A stretch of 64,000 nucleotides of DNA from Tubulanus polymorphus (lineage: Eukaryota > Animalia > Nemertea), in assembly GCF_964204645.1 (NCBI RefSeq), contig NC_134035.1:4464001-4528000 (forward strand), in the 5' to 3' direction. The notes beneath the pieces are model-generated. The model saw only the letters and a list, made by a program, of their open reading frames with translations. It had not been told where the DNA came from and did not search any database. How positions within the stretch are numbered: position 1 is the stretch's first letter; every line of letters starts with the position of its first letter. A program made the translations under genes and the position numbers. This document shows, in pieces, positions 12,983 through 23,410 of this stretch.

Positions 12983-13058
12983 GTCTGCATGGTGTAGAGG
13001 TAACACCCTCGATTCAGAAATGGATTGAGAGCCCCAGGTTCAAATCCTGGTGCAGACA
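12983..13058 (+). ncRNA. tRNA-like structure with a non-decoding anticodon arm, in intron 1 of the transposon
   Basis: Acceptor GTCTGCA/TGCAGAC (7/7); D stem GTGT/ACAC with loop AGAGGTA; arm CTCGATTCA-GAAA-TGGATTGAG; variable loop AGCC; T stem CCAGG/CCTGG with loop TTCAAAT; A box TGGTGTAGAGG; B box GGTTCAAATCC. Confidence 0.8.
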
Positions 13059-16000
13059 ATTGACATGACGTATTGTTTGTTCTGTGGTATTTTTATGCTT
13101 ATTTTACATATATTTTTTTGAATTATTTTTCTCCCTCTAGGTTAACATGAATTCGAAACCGAAATTCAATCGGTTAGGTAACGGCGAGCTCGTGTTGGGC
13201 TATTCATCTGAGGCTGTGGAGTTGAAGAAAGTTTCGAAAAATTCAGGAACTTATCAGTGTAAAGACCCGACATTAGTCCACAAAGTTGCGCTTCATGAGA
13301 CCAGGCTCGCCGGTGGAGATCCATCAAATGAACAGGATGTGCTTTCCCTATATAAGTTGCAGTTTGGAATGTTTAGGGGCCAGTCCTTTAAATGGCTCAT
13401 CGAAAACGGACTCGGATATTCCAGTTGGATTATCAACAGTATGAGGCGTGAACAGCCATCAGACACGCCTCTTTCAAAAAACAAATTTGCTTTTAAGAAA
13501 TACTTCAGTTTTTTCCCGGAATGCGAAGAAGCTCTTGCCTTAAAGGAAAAAGAACGAATGAAAAGAACAAAATCGAAGAACCTCAAAGGTACACTTGATT
13601 TAATGTTATGATAATGATTAAATTTTTAGAAAAACATTGAAATTTTCAAACAATCTCTTACTATTAACTGTACTTTTATTTTGAGCAGACAATACTGAAC
13701 TCGACGACGCTGAACTAGTTACAGCTGTCGTAAATATTGAAACCATGCAGAAGCAGCAGCAGCAGCAGCAGAGTGAATCTACAGCAGAACCGGAGAAAGT
13801 CTCTGGTAATTATTATTTACAAATAATTTGAAAAAAAATTTATGATTAGTTATATTTTCATAATTTTATGTTCCGTTTCTGGTATTTTGAATTTGTAGAA
13901 AATCAGCAGTTCCCGCTACCAGCTGGCTGGAAAGAGATCCTCCCTGAAATGGATCATAAATGGATTTCGCATGCATTGTTTAAACTTAAGCGAGGTGACA
14001 AAGCCGAACTCGATGCTACCAAAATCGATCGTTTGTGGTATTATCCACCCCAACCTCCAGTGGCGCTTCAGCAGATACCGAACCCAGATCCATACTTTGG
14101 AACAAAGTTATTGTTGTGGATGCCACGTAGACTGTGGCACATGAAATTCAAGTGCAGCGTATGTCCCGATATTGAACTGACTGGCGCTGGAATTTATCCG
14201 AGAACTAGGCAGGTACTGGATATAGATGGGTTTTACTCATTGGCCGGAGAATACCTCGAATGTCCTGCGTGCCATAAGAAGTTTATAAGCTGGAGCCAGG
14301 AAATGCTGTCACAGCTCGATGTTGGCCATCGAAATCTTTTCGCGCCGATTCTGACTTATCGCTTTGCATGTGATATTCGCGTTATCAGACTTCTTCGGCA
14401 ACGCGGCCTCGGTAATAGCGCGACACAGCTGCAAAAGACGATTTCGGAACAACACGCGGAATCATGGCTTACTAAAACTGCGCACTATTTGACCGACTGT
14501 GCTCAGTACAAGAACGCGATCGATAATCGTTTGATAACCCAGTCATCTGCATTCAAAGATTCCCCAGAAATGCCATCTGTACCGAAACCGGATTGGTTTC
14601 TCCGCGTTTATTGTTTGGACGTTTTATCAAGATTGGACGAAGTCAAGTCCAACATAACTTCGGTGTTCAGAAATGTCCTGAAGATGGACTCAACGAAAAA
14701 GGTAAAGCATCACAAAATAAATTTCATTTCGCACTTTTAGCCGATTAAACTCTCATGGACCCTTTTTTCTTCTTTTTTTCAGATTGTAAAAAAGCTACAA
14801 GGTCATGCAGCCGGTACAGCAAATTGGGTAACAAATATGGGGAACGAGTTCGGCCAGGTGTTGATTAGCGTTTTGACGGCAGGTGAGGGCAAAGGTTTGC
14901 AGCAGATGGCCACCGGTATAGTGAAGCGATATTCGGACGCAAATGTAAACCCGCCAGTCGCCCTATACGTGGATCGCGACTGTTGCAATGGACGCACCAG
15001 TGATATGTTTTCTGCCTGGCCAGGTTTAGAAGTACGTCTGGACATATGGCATTTTATGCGACGTATTGCTATTGGGTGTACAACTGATTCGCATCAGTTG
15101 TACGGAGTATTCATGCGGAGATTGTCCGGTTGTATCTTCGAATGGAGTACTGATGACATTGCATTTTTAGTAAGTGCGAAGAGATCGGAACTCGGTGTGC
15201 CGTCACTGTCCGATAGTGATGTGCTGGCCCGTTGAAATATTCAGGTATTTTTGGTTCAATTTTATTTCCATTAATTGCTGTTTATTTATTCGCAATAATC
15301 TTAAAACAAAAATTTATTTTAGGTGAACTTATCGGAATTGAATATCTGTACAGTCAGACTGGAAAAAGTTTACAATCAGCAGCAGAAGACGTGGACAACT
15401 TGACAGAATTAGAAGACGACGAAGGCTTCAATGAGGAAGTTGATGATATGACGATTCCTCCACCTCTTCCGACTGAGCCAGCTCGTTTACCGCTGCCAGA
15501 CTGCGATGAAGACATCGATATGCCATCAACTGAGTGTATGTGTTAACATAAACTGAAAAAAAACCATGAATTAATACTGCAGGCAGCAACTCAACAAATT
15601 ATTCATGAATAGAAATGTAATTAAGCCTTTATCTTTTACTTTCCAGTACTGGAATCATTATCTGTGGCTGCACCAGTTGATATCAACGTTCCACCGGAGA
15701 ATGAATCTCAGGATGCACAGTTTACGGTAAAAAGAATTTTGTTTTCTATCCCTATTTTAATTGGTAGTTTATCGCCTAATTCAATTTGGTTGTAATTGAT
15801 TTTTTATTTTGCTTTAGGAATCAGTCGGACCAGATAATATCCCTGGATTTGAGAAGGTCCAGCAATTGGCTGATTATTTAGTGGATTTACGTCAATGTCC
15901 GGTTCTGACTAACGTACAGGCGAGGAAAATTGTATCTCTATGGAACAACCTCGATCCATACGACAAGAAATCCACAAAATTCTCTCCACGACATAAGACG

Positions 16001-16973
16001 AAATTAACCCAGGGCAGATTCAAAGTGTCAAAAACAAACGTTTTGCCTGGTGTTGAAAGTACAAGAAGGTATTTAGTTAATATTAATCATTATTTCGATT
16101 TAAGCCACAAATGAAGCATTTTCCCTAATATATAACCAATTTTCGGTAACCATTATTTTTGAAAACTTGTTTAAGGTGTTTTATTGGCGAGAATGGTAGT
16201 CCTGCCCAGTGGCCCGACTGTAATCGATACGTCGAGGCATTAATCTCACGTCTCTGCGACCTGCATCCAGGAATGACTCGAACCAAATCAGGCACGACTC
16301 AACGTTGGACTTTGGTGATGAAAACATATAGATCAATTAGAGATAAAGTCATGAGCAACGGGCTGGTTGTAAATGGTTGTAATATACAACTGGTCGAGAT
16401 AAATAACACGACTTTAAGTCAGTGGTAAGTTTTAGATTGCACATTCGTAGATATCTCCTCAATTGATTTTCCTCAAACTACCCAGTATCACGAGTGATAT
16501 ACAAACATCTTTACAGATGAATAAGAAATGTAATGAATTTTTATGATTTTTTTTTCTTTTTCTTCAAAGGTACAACAAACGTTCCAAAAGAAAAGAAACC
16601 GTAGTGCTACAGCAAGGGATAACGTTGCCGACGCCACCACTGACGACAGATACAATTCGTGATGCAGTATTGAGACAGGCGATTCCGATACCTCCTCCCA
16701 CCGCTCAGCATTTTCAATTCAATAACCCGGAAAATGATGCTGGGAAAGCGAAAACAAGAGACTCTGGTGTAAATATACTGCCGAAGCAACCACCGCTGCC
16801 ATTACACCTACCGGTAACCATTGTTCCGGCCGGACCATGTACAATGACTCCAGTTATTCAGAGCGTTCTATCGGTTCCATCCACTACGCAGTGGTATCGC
16901 AAACGACAACTTCACAAAGCTGAGAGCGGCGAATCAGTAAAGAAATATCGTGAGAGGAAAGGTCCAACCATAT

Positions 16974-18812
16974 CCATAGCTAACATTGCTAATAAATTTA
17001 ATGAGTACTTTGTAAACATCGGTAATAAGCTTGCCGAAAAGATAGGTTTGGGTACCGATGGGATTAGCATGAAAGTAACTAAAAAAATTTTTGACTTAAT
17101 TAAAGATCCTCTCTGCCATGTTTTTAACATGAGTCTACAGACTGGAATTGTTCCGGACAAATTAAAAATCGCTAGAATTCGACCTTTATACAAAAGTCGT
17201 GACAAAGATAACTTTAATAATTACCGGCCCATCTCAATTTTGCCTTGCTTTTCAAAGATTCTTGAAAAAGTCGTGTACAACAGACTAATGTCTTATTGTG
17301 ATAAATTTTCTATCATAAATTCAAATCAATTCGGTTTTAGAAAGAATCACTCCTCTGCCATGGCAGTCATCAAAATTATTGATGAAATTTCATATAATCT
17401 TGAAAATAAAAATCCCACTATCGGTGTTTATTTGGACTTATCTAAAGCCTTTGATACAGTCAACCATGAAATATTATTGTCAAAATTAGATTTTTATGGA
17501 ATTAAAGGTCGCGCACTTTGCTGGTTTAGAAATTATTTGGAAAACCGACAACAAACTGTTCAAATTGATAATTGTAAGTCTCAACTTTTGAATATATCTA
17601 CTGGTGTGCCTCAAGGTTCCATTTTGGGACCGTTACTTTTTTTAATATACGTAAATGACTGCGTTAATGTCAGCAACATTTTGAAATTTACGCTTTTTGC
17701 AGATGACACTAATGTCTTTGCGAGCGGTTCCGATATTCATCACCTTGCATTGACCGTGTCTAGTGAACTTGATAAACTAGCCACGTGGTTTTACGCTAAT
17801 AAATTATCTTTAAACTTGCTAAAAACTCATTGCATGGTATTTGGCTCACAACTACCACTTAACATTTCGATTCAAATCAGCGGAATTAATATTGATCAAG
17901 TTCATAGCACAAATTTTTTGGGTATAAATATTGACGATAAACTTTCATGGATTGATCATATCAATAATGTTCAACGCAAGGTATCGAAGAGTATCAGTAT
18001 GTTAAATAGATTAAAACGATTTTTACCTGAGAAAACTCTTATTCAATTGTATTTTAGTTTAGTGGAACCGTATTTAAGTTATTGTAACATAGTCTGGGCT
18101 CAAAATTTTAATGTCTATTTAGATTCATTATTACTACTTCAAAAACGTGCGGTTCGAATAATAACAAATTCATATTATTTAGAACATACTGATCCACTCT
18201 TTAAAAGACTGAAAATACTGAGAATTAAAGAAATGAACAAATTACAGTTAGGATGCTTCATGTTTAATTATAACAAATCCATGCTACCTGATTCTTTTAA
18301 TAACTATTTTCAATTTCGACATGTACTCCACAATTATCAAACTCGTAGCCAAAACAATATGGAAATCCCTCGATTTCAAACTCGAAGAAATAAATTTTCG
18401 GTAAAGGTTTCTGGTCCAAAACTTTGGAATTCACTCGATTCAACTTTAAAGCAGTCGAAGAATGTTTATGTATTTAAAAAGAATTTCAAGCAGTATCTGT
18501 TAACGGGTCAATAGTAATTTAACATTTGTTTAATATGCGTTTATAGGTCGATCCGAAATTAACTTGTCATTATGGATGTGTGTGCGTGCGTGCGTGCGTG
18601 CGTGCGTATGCGTGAGTGTTGTGGTGCAGGGTTGTGTACATGTGTGTGTGTGCGTGCGTGTGTTTGATTTCTATGGGCGCCAGGGCCATGTTTTATGGAT
18701 ATAAGTTTGTAACTTCTCCTGGTGTCCATCGACTTGAATTACATTATTTTATTATATTATCTTGTTGTAATATTCTAGTGTAATTTAATTCGTGAATAAA
18801 GAATAAATAATA
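16974..18812 (+). mobile_element. 5'-truncated LINE (CR1/L2-like) with RT domain, inserted in the transposase
   Basis: NYRPISIL, QFGFR, LDLSKAFD, GVPQGSILGP, FADD and FLGINID motifs; stop at 18514; 3' tail AATAAAGAATAAATAAT; flanked by ATAT on both sides. Confidence 0.92.
18577..18662. repeat. (GT)n/(GCGT)n microsatellite in the LINE 3' UTR
   Basis: tgtgtgcgtgcgtgcgtgcg... runs visible directly. Confidence 0.9.
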
Positions 18813-19529
18813 ATATGTCGGAAATGTCGAGCAGTTCGGGGGCCTGACCATAAACAATATTACGGAAGTTGGTATTGCCCCTCGACTGAAACAGAACAAT
18901 TTGAGACCTGGCTTCAGTCTTTACCAGCTTATAAAAAACGAAAATTGTGATGATGTAAATAATGTTTATATATATATTCATGTGATCTCTGAAAATAAAA
19001 CTTCTTCATAAATAGAATTAATTAATGCTAATGATACCAGTACAAAAATGTTAATTGTATAGAGCATATCTGTTATTTAAAAAAGTTTAAAAATTAAAAA
19101 AAAAAAACAACCAAAACAAGTTTTTAATGCTGCCTGGACTGTGTCCAGAAGATCCCAAGCCCTTATGAAAAGCAGAGGGGAGACTATTTGGTTGATGGTA
19201 AAAAACAAAAGAAAAATATGGAGCAAATTTAATAAATAAATTAATTAGTAAATGTATCAAAGTTTTTTGTTTCATTTTGTAGTTAGGTACCGGTACATAT
19301 ATGGGATTCGAAATAAATAATGAATTAGGAAATGTAGAGGTTTGTTAATTCTGTTTCAATTTTCAGTAGGTATATATGGGATTCGAGTTCAAAATCGGAA
19401 CAGTGTACATTCAACATGACTTCTTTTCGAGTTAACTACCTTTGAACATTCCCCATTTAGTTAACTTTTAGTTCGAGTATATGTGTGTTGGGGGCGCGGG
19501 TTGACCTAGAAGATTGCGGGGGATTTTTT

Positions 19530-19562
19530 GCGCTGAGTCAGGTTCGAATTCCACTATTGACA
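19530..19562 (+). pseudogene. Remnant resembling the 3' part of tRNA-Leu(CAG), internally deleted
   Basis: GCGCTGAGTCAGGTTCGAATTCCACTATTGACA compared with metazoan tRNA-Leu(CAG) GCGCTGCGTTCAGGT...GGTTCGAATCCCACTCCTGACA (recalled); B box present. Confidence 0.5.
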
Positions 19563-20481
19563 CGCAATATCATTTGATATTATTTTATGACAGATATCGT
19601 CGACTGGCTGCCAATTGCCCTATTTACTCGCAATAGCTAATGATATGCCATTTTTTCATTTAGAAACCTCCATCAAGTACCGATAATAAGATGCAAGAAA
19701 TCAGCACGTAGGAACGACTTTGTAATAGCGATCATAAAGTACGAAGTTAAAGAAAAAATGAAACCATTTAATAAACTTAGATATCATTTACCTTTTATTT
19801 ACTTTTCTAGATACACCAAATATACCGAAATGATAGATAAACATCAACCACAATCTAGATGCAGGACACGTCGAATATTCAAAGCCAGAATGAAATGTTC
19901 ATTGGGAGACGCAAACTAAGGCAAATGTCAGAACATATACTTCATTTTTTGTTCGTTACCATACTTTTCCTGACATTTTTCATGACCAAGGCGAACACAA
20001 ATATTATGATACATTGCATATCAGCAGACACCAATACTTAGTAATAGATTATAGAACTATCGAGATAGTAGAACGCAAGGTACTTAAAGATCAGGGAAAT
20101 CAATTATTTTCCGTGCAAAACAATATGAAAACAGGACCTCGTGAGCACAGGACCTATGGATCTTAGTTCTTTTGAACTGTCGAGTTTCGCAAAAATAGTT
20201 ACTTTTAAGTCGATTTTATTTCTTCAGTAATTGATTTAGGGATTAATCCCTTTTGTGAAACTCGACCGAGGTCGCACACTTTATGACTTTGGCAATCTAG
20301 TATTCCTTAAGACACAGAATAACAAGATGTCACACGAATTGATGAATAAAGATAGTTATTTGTGGATATTTTAGTTCTTTAATCAGTTTGATTTATCTAA
20401 CGCGAACGAAATTATGTTTGGCGATGTTTTACGAGTCGACGGCACAAGCCACATCACATTTGCACCAGAACCAATAGCGAG

Positions 20482-21432
20482 ATGGTTATCGTCAATTTCA
20501 CCTTCGCTCAACCAATCGGTCACTCTTACCACACCTATTTCGCTCTGAAATCGATTATACACCTGTCTGGTTCGAACAGAACAGTGGCGCTGATCACTTT
20601 TCCGATCGTACTCATTCTGGGTACGTTCGGCAACACGGCCGGTTTCCTGGTGATGAGTAGCCGAAGATTCAGACGATTTTCATACGCGAATTACTTGATG
20701 GTTTTGTCACTTGCCGATTTATTACAGTGTATCAGTTTGACCGGCATGCCGTTGTGGGAGTACGCGTTGAAAAGCGTCAATTTCTCCAGCGTCGGACAGT
20801 GTTTAGCTTACGAATTCGTATTCCAATTCGCGTTTTCGTGGAGCACGACTTTAATCGTGATTATTACCGCAGAAAGAGTCCTCGTTGTCGTTTTCCCGTT
20901 CACATCGCGGGTTATATGCACAGTTAAGTGTTCTCGCCGTGTCATGTTAGCCATGCTCGTTCCCAATACTCTAGCCGCCAGTCACATGTTTTTCGGAATG
21001 CGTTTTTCCGAGCAGTTGAAATGCCACTATTACAGTTTCAACTTCCAGAGGCAGCTTTATTTTTACATAGTCACCTTTTCCTACGCCGTTCCGTGCGTCC
21101 TTCTGATTGTTAGCAATATGGTAATCGTGATTTTCATGCGGCGAGGTTTAAAAGTCGGGGAGACCGGGCGAAAGACGGCTAAAGCCCGCCGTACAACTAT
21201 AATGCTGATAACAGTATCTCTGGCTTTCGTGGTTACCACATTGCCCAACACAATCACGTCTTTTCTTCCGATTCCCAAACATATTGTAGATTATTTCTAT
21301 ACGATGTTCACGGTGATAACGTCGTTGAATTACTCGTTAAATTTCTATATCTATCTATTACTGGGGTCTGAAGTCCGCATGTTCGTACTGGAGAAGATTA
21401 CATGCAGAACGGACGCAAAATTTGCTAGGTAA
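20482..21432 (+). CDS. Intronless class A GPCR, paralog 2
   Basis: 316 aa, colinear and highly similar to 10030..10980. Confidence 0.93.
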   Translation: MVIVNFTFAQPIGHSYHTYFALKSIIHLSGSNRTVALITFPIVLILGTFGNTAGFLVMSSRRFRRFSYANYLMVLSLADLLQCISLTGMPLWEYALKSVNFSSVGQCLAYEFVFQFAFSWSTTLIVIITAERVLVVVFPFTSRVICTVKCSRRVMLAMLVPNTLAASHMFFGMRFSEQLKCHYYSFNFQRQLYFYIVTFSYAVPCVLLIVSNMVIVIFMRRGLKVGETGRKTAKARRTTIMLITVSLAFVVTTLPNTITSFLPIPKHIVDYFYTMFTVITSLNYSLNFYIYLLLGSEVRMFVLEKITCRTDAKFAR

Positions 21433-22096
21433 AATTGGAGACAAAATTACCCGACAATTTTTACCCAATTTTCTTCAACTAACACTTTAAAATGAAGGGA
21501 AATTTGTGTTTATGGTTCATTGATTTTAGTAGAAGTTTTTTGGAAATTCTTTTCAAATAGACGAAAATTATCTAAAATCAATTGTGCAAATTTTTATCGC
21601 GTAGAAGTTCGAGAAATATGACATAGTCTACTCGGCCTGCATCCATTCGAACCACCCTCCTGGAAACCATTGTTCACAAGATTGGCCACAGAATTCGACA
21701 AAAACTTAATTGTTCTTGGCCTAACAAAGACCATGAAATCCAAATTATGTACTGGAAATACCCAAGAGGAGAGTATTAGAGAAGGTTTTTTGAAGCAAGA
21801 TTTGCTTGTTTGGCATTGAATGGATTCGAATGGCTTATGTATTATTCTCATCTTTTTGAGGTCATTATCATTATTAGGTAGTTTTCTTTTCAAAATTTGT
21901 ATCCACTTCTTATCTTATTTTATTTTACTGAGGAATTCCTTATTATTCGGTGTATCCCTTTCGCGTAACGAATTTAACATATTGCCCAGGCTTTATAATC
22001 TCTCTCGTTATTAGATGTCCCCTTCATTCCGTAGTGCGACTTCTTTAGTTGGCATACGTGTGTTGTTTTTCTGCCAGTGGAGGTCGGTGAAATTAC

Positions 22097-22257
22097 TAGA
22101 CAAAAACCCACAATAAAAAGAAAAATATCTGGTAGCTTAACGTTTCAACTCAATTCTATGAGCCATTTTCAAAACAGTTTTTGAAAATGGCTCATAGAAT
22201 TGAGTTGAAACGTTAAGCTACCAGATAGTTTTTCTTTTTATTGTAGGTTTTTGTCTA
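22097..22257. repeat. ~160-bp near-perfect palindrome, probably inverted ends of a Penelope-like element
   Basis: TAGACAAAAACC...GAGCCATTTTCAAAA / TTTTGAAAATGGCTC...GGTTTTTGTCTA, with a ~4-nt centre at ~22176. Confidence 0.9.
22176..22219 (+). ncRNA. Minimal type I hammerhead ribozyme-like motif (U3-A8 variant)
   Basis: Stem I AGTTT/AAGCT; core TTGAAAA plus T; stem II GGCTCA/TGAGTT; GAA; palindromic ACGT stem III; cleavage triplet GTT (site after 22214). Confidence 0.62.
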
Positions 22258-23410
22258 CTATTGATATTGGACAGCCATTTGTCTATGGAAACCAGTCGGT
22301 GAAATTCATTGGGCCGCTGTTCATATAAATGGTAACGGCTCTTACATAGAGAAGGAATCCACAAGACAGTGGAGAAAACGACATGATACGGATGGTACCT
22401 TTAATTGACTTACAATGTATAATCTCTATTGTATGTTTACCTAATATATATAGCTTATAAAAATGCTGAATATTGCTTAACAAGAAGATTATTTAGCTTT
22501 TGTTTGAGAACTTTTTCATTTATTCATATCTCTATCCGATTTATTCATTTTGTCCTAGTACGTATTCGATTCAGAATTAGTTGAACTGTGTGCTTGAAAA
22601 CGTGGAATGTTTAAGTCTATGCATGTATCTCAATGAAATATGGAGTTTCTATTCGGAAATGTAATTTTGAAGAAAGATAGAACGAAAAGTCCATTACTGT
22701 CCAACATTGTCGTTTCACGTGTTTTGAAATGATAAAAATGTCGGAAAAATGGGATTTCTGAAAATCCATAATCAAAGGGCCTGTGAAATATGATAACATT
22801 CGCGTCACTAATAGTTCTTTGAAAAGAGAAAAATCGCCCAAAACTAAAGGACTATCGTGCTAAACAAAATCGCAACTGGCAACTGCAAATGGTTTATTCC
22901 GGACAACTTCGGCCGTTTACATAAATTACGTGTATTTATTGGAAGAAATAATATTTCCGCTCTTATACTAATGCTGGCCGTTAAAAAGCAATGTTGATTC
23001 TCGAATCTATAAACGTCAGTCACCGACACGAATGATAGAAATTCATCTCCTTTTTCTTTTGAACTTTTGCTAAATTGTTGAGTCTAGGTTCGCAAAAATA
23101 ATTCCTTTAATTCGATTTTATTTCTTCGTTATTGATATAGGGATTTAAATCCTTTTTTTTGAAACTCGACCGAGGTCGCGCTATTACTTTGCCAATCTCT
23201 TATTCTTTGAAACAAATGAATAACTAGATAGTGCATGAATTGATAAATAAAAACAGTTTTTGGTAGCAATACATTCCATTTATTTTGTTCTTTAAATCAG
23301 ATTATTTTATCGAAATCGAATGAAATTATGTTTGGCGATGTTGTACGATTTGACGGCACAAGCTTCACCACATTTGCATATTCCAAGCTGACACCAGAAC
23401 CAATAGCAAG

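Larger units (their letters stand above)
13147..18950 (+). pseudogene. Multi-exon Dada-like transposase, disrupted
   Basis: Approximate exons: 13147-13588, 13689-13805, 13899-14701, 14783-15244, 15323-~15535, 15647-15726, 15818-16069, 16176-16425, then 16570-16973 plus 18817-18950. Motifs FGMFRGQSFKWLIEN, YLECPAC, D/D/DxxH and C-terminal CRKC...H.QYYGSWYCP. A deletion at ~15230 creates TGA at 15233. Confidence 0.85.
12108..19536 (+). mobile_element. Dada-like DNA transposon with both ends present; non-autonomous deletion derivative
   Basis: Spliced transposase with D (KMDSTKK), D (YVDRDCC) and DxxH (LDIWHF). No long TIRs, but subterminal AATCTTCT (12132) / AGAAGATT (19508). Flanking 7-bp direct repeat GTGCTGA (12108-12114) / GCGCTGA (19530-19536). 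tRNA-like 3' flank. The superfamily call is from recall of Dada hallmarks, not from a search. Confidence 0.72.

Noticed and set aside
12983-13058. Standard functional tRNA-Leu(CAG) or suppressor tRNA
   Set aside because: The anticodon loop would be 12 nt and folds into an extended stem, and it lacks the long variable arm of cytosolic tRNA-Leu. Reported as tRNA-like instead.
16604-18514. 636-aa ORF as a genuine novel RT gene
   Set aside because: Explained by a 5'-truncated LINE landing in frame in a transposase exon; the interrupted zinc finger resumes at 18817.
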